From an uncultured Alphaproteobacteria bacterium (GTDB lineage Bacteria; Pseudomonadota; Alphaproteobacteria; Rhizobiales; Xanthobacteraceae), in contig CAVUKJ010000001.1 in NCBI GenBank assembly GCA_963742095.1, positions 34,494 through 98,493 on the forward strand: a stretch of 64,000 nt of DNA, written 5' to 3'. Shown here piece by piece: positions 63,957 to 64,000 of this stretch (position 1 is the stretch's first letter; each line of letters begins with the position of its first letter). A model generated the notes under the pieces. It ran no database searches. It saw nothing but the letters and a program-made list of their open reading frames with translations, and was not told where the DNA came from. The translations under genes were made by a program, and so were the position numbers.

Positions 63957-64000
63957 TCCAGTCTTTATTCACTCGGCGCTGACGGCATAAGATAGCAATG

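Overview
High-GC alphaproteobacterial chromosome segment. The gene content and repeat types look Bradyrhizobiaceae-like, but that is inference only. All GC statements below are judged by eye, not computed.

**Core-like, very GC-rich flanks (1-21.6 kb and 58.1-64 kb):**
- a minimal lasso-peptide-like pair (B2 protease plus Asn-synthetase-like cyclase)
- a cNMP-binding membrane protein and a class III nucleotide cyclase
- a five-gene Dpp/Opp-type peptide ABC operon
- a CoA-dependent catabolic cluster: 2 acyl-CoA dehydrogenases, an ADP-forming acyl-CoA synthetase, enoyl-CoA hydratase, 2 amidohydrolases, an IMDH-family dehydrogenase, a Bug/TctC binding protein and an SDR
- on the right flank: a long acyl-CoA dehydrogenase, three SDRs and a histone-deacetylase-family protein

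**Lower-GC accessory region (about 21.65-57.95 kb), ending at tRNA-Gln(UUG):**
- Part 1 (21.65-43.3 kb) is dense in very small ORFs and typical general-stress genes (PRC-barrel, DUF892 ferritin-like, GlsB/YmgE, DUF1488, SH3/DUF1236, small secreted proteins).
  - It carries at least 10 EcfG-type GGAAC-N16/17-CGTT promoters, one of which drives a candidate roughly 95-nt sRNA.
  - An ATGTCCGCT...AGCGGACAT hairpin repeat family occurs at 12 loci.
  - One IS30-family element is inserted into the loop of one such hairpin.
  - It also holds an orphan B12-radical-SAM gene and an 8-member family of roughly 55-70 aa helical proteins.
- Part 2 (43.3-57.7 kb) has a TetR-controlled ABC/hydrolase cluster, a DUF4238 gene next to a truncated Tat-amidohydrolase, and a LysR-TauD-TRAP module.

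**Sequence-quality caveat:** six genes show single-base frame disruptions, four of them in short A/T homopolymer runs (a fifth sits in a GG dinucleotide). Sequence quality or pseudogenisation therefore has to be resolved before functional claims are made.

No rRNA, CRISPR array, integrase or recognisable defence system was found.
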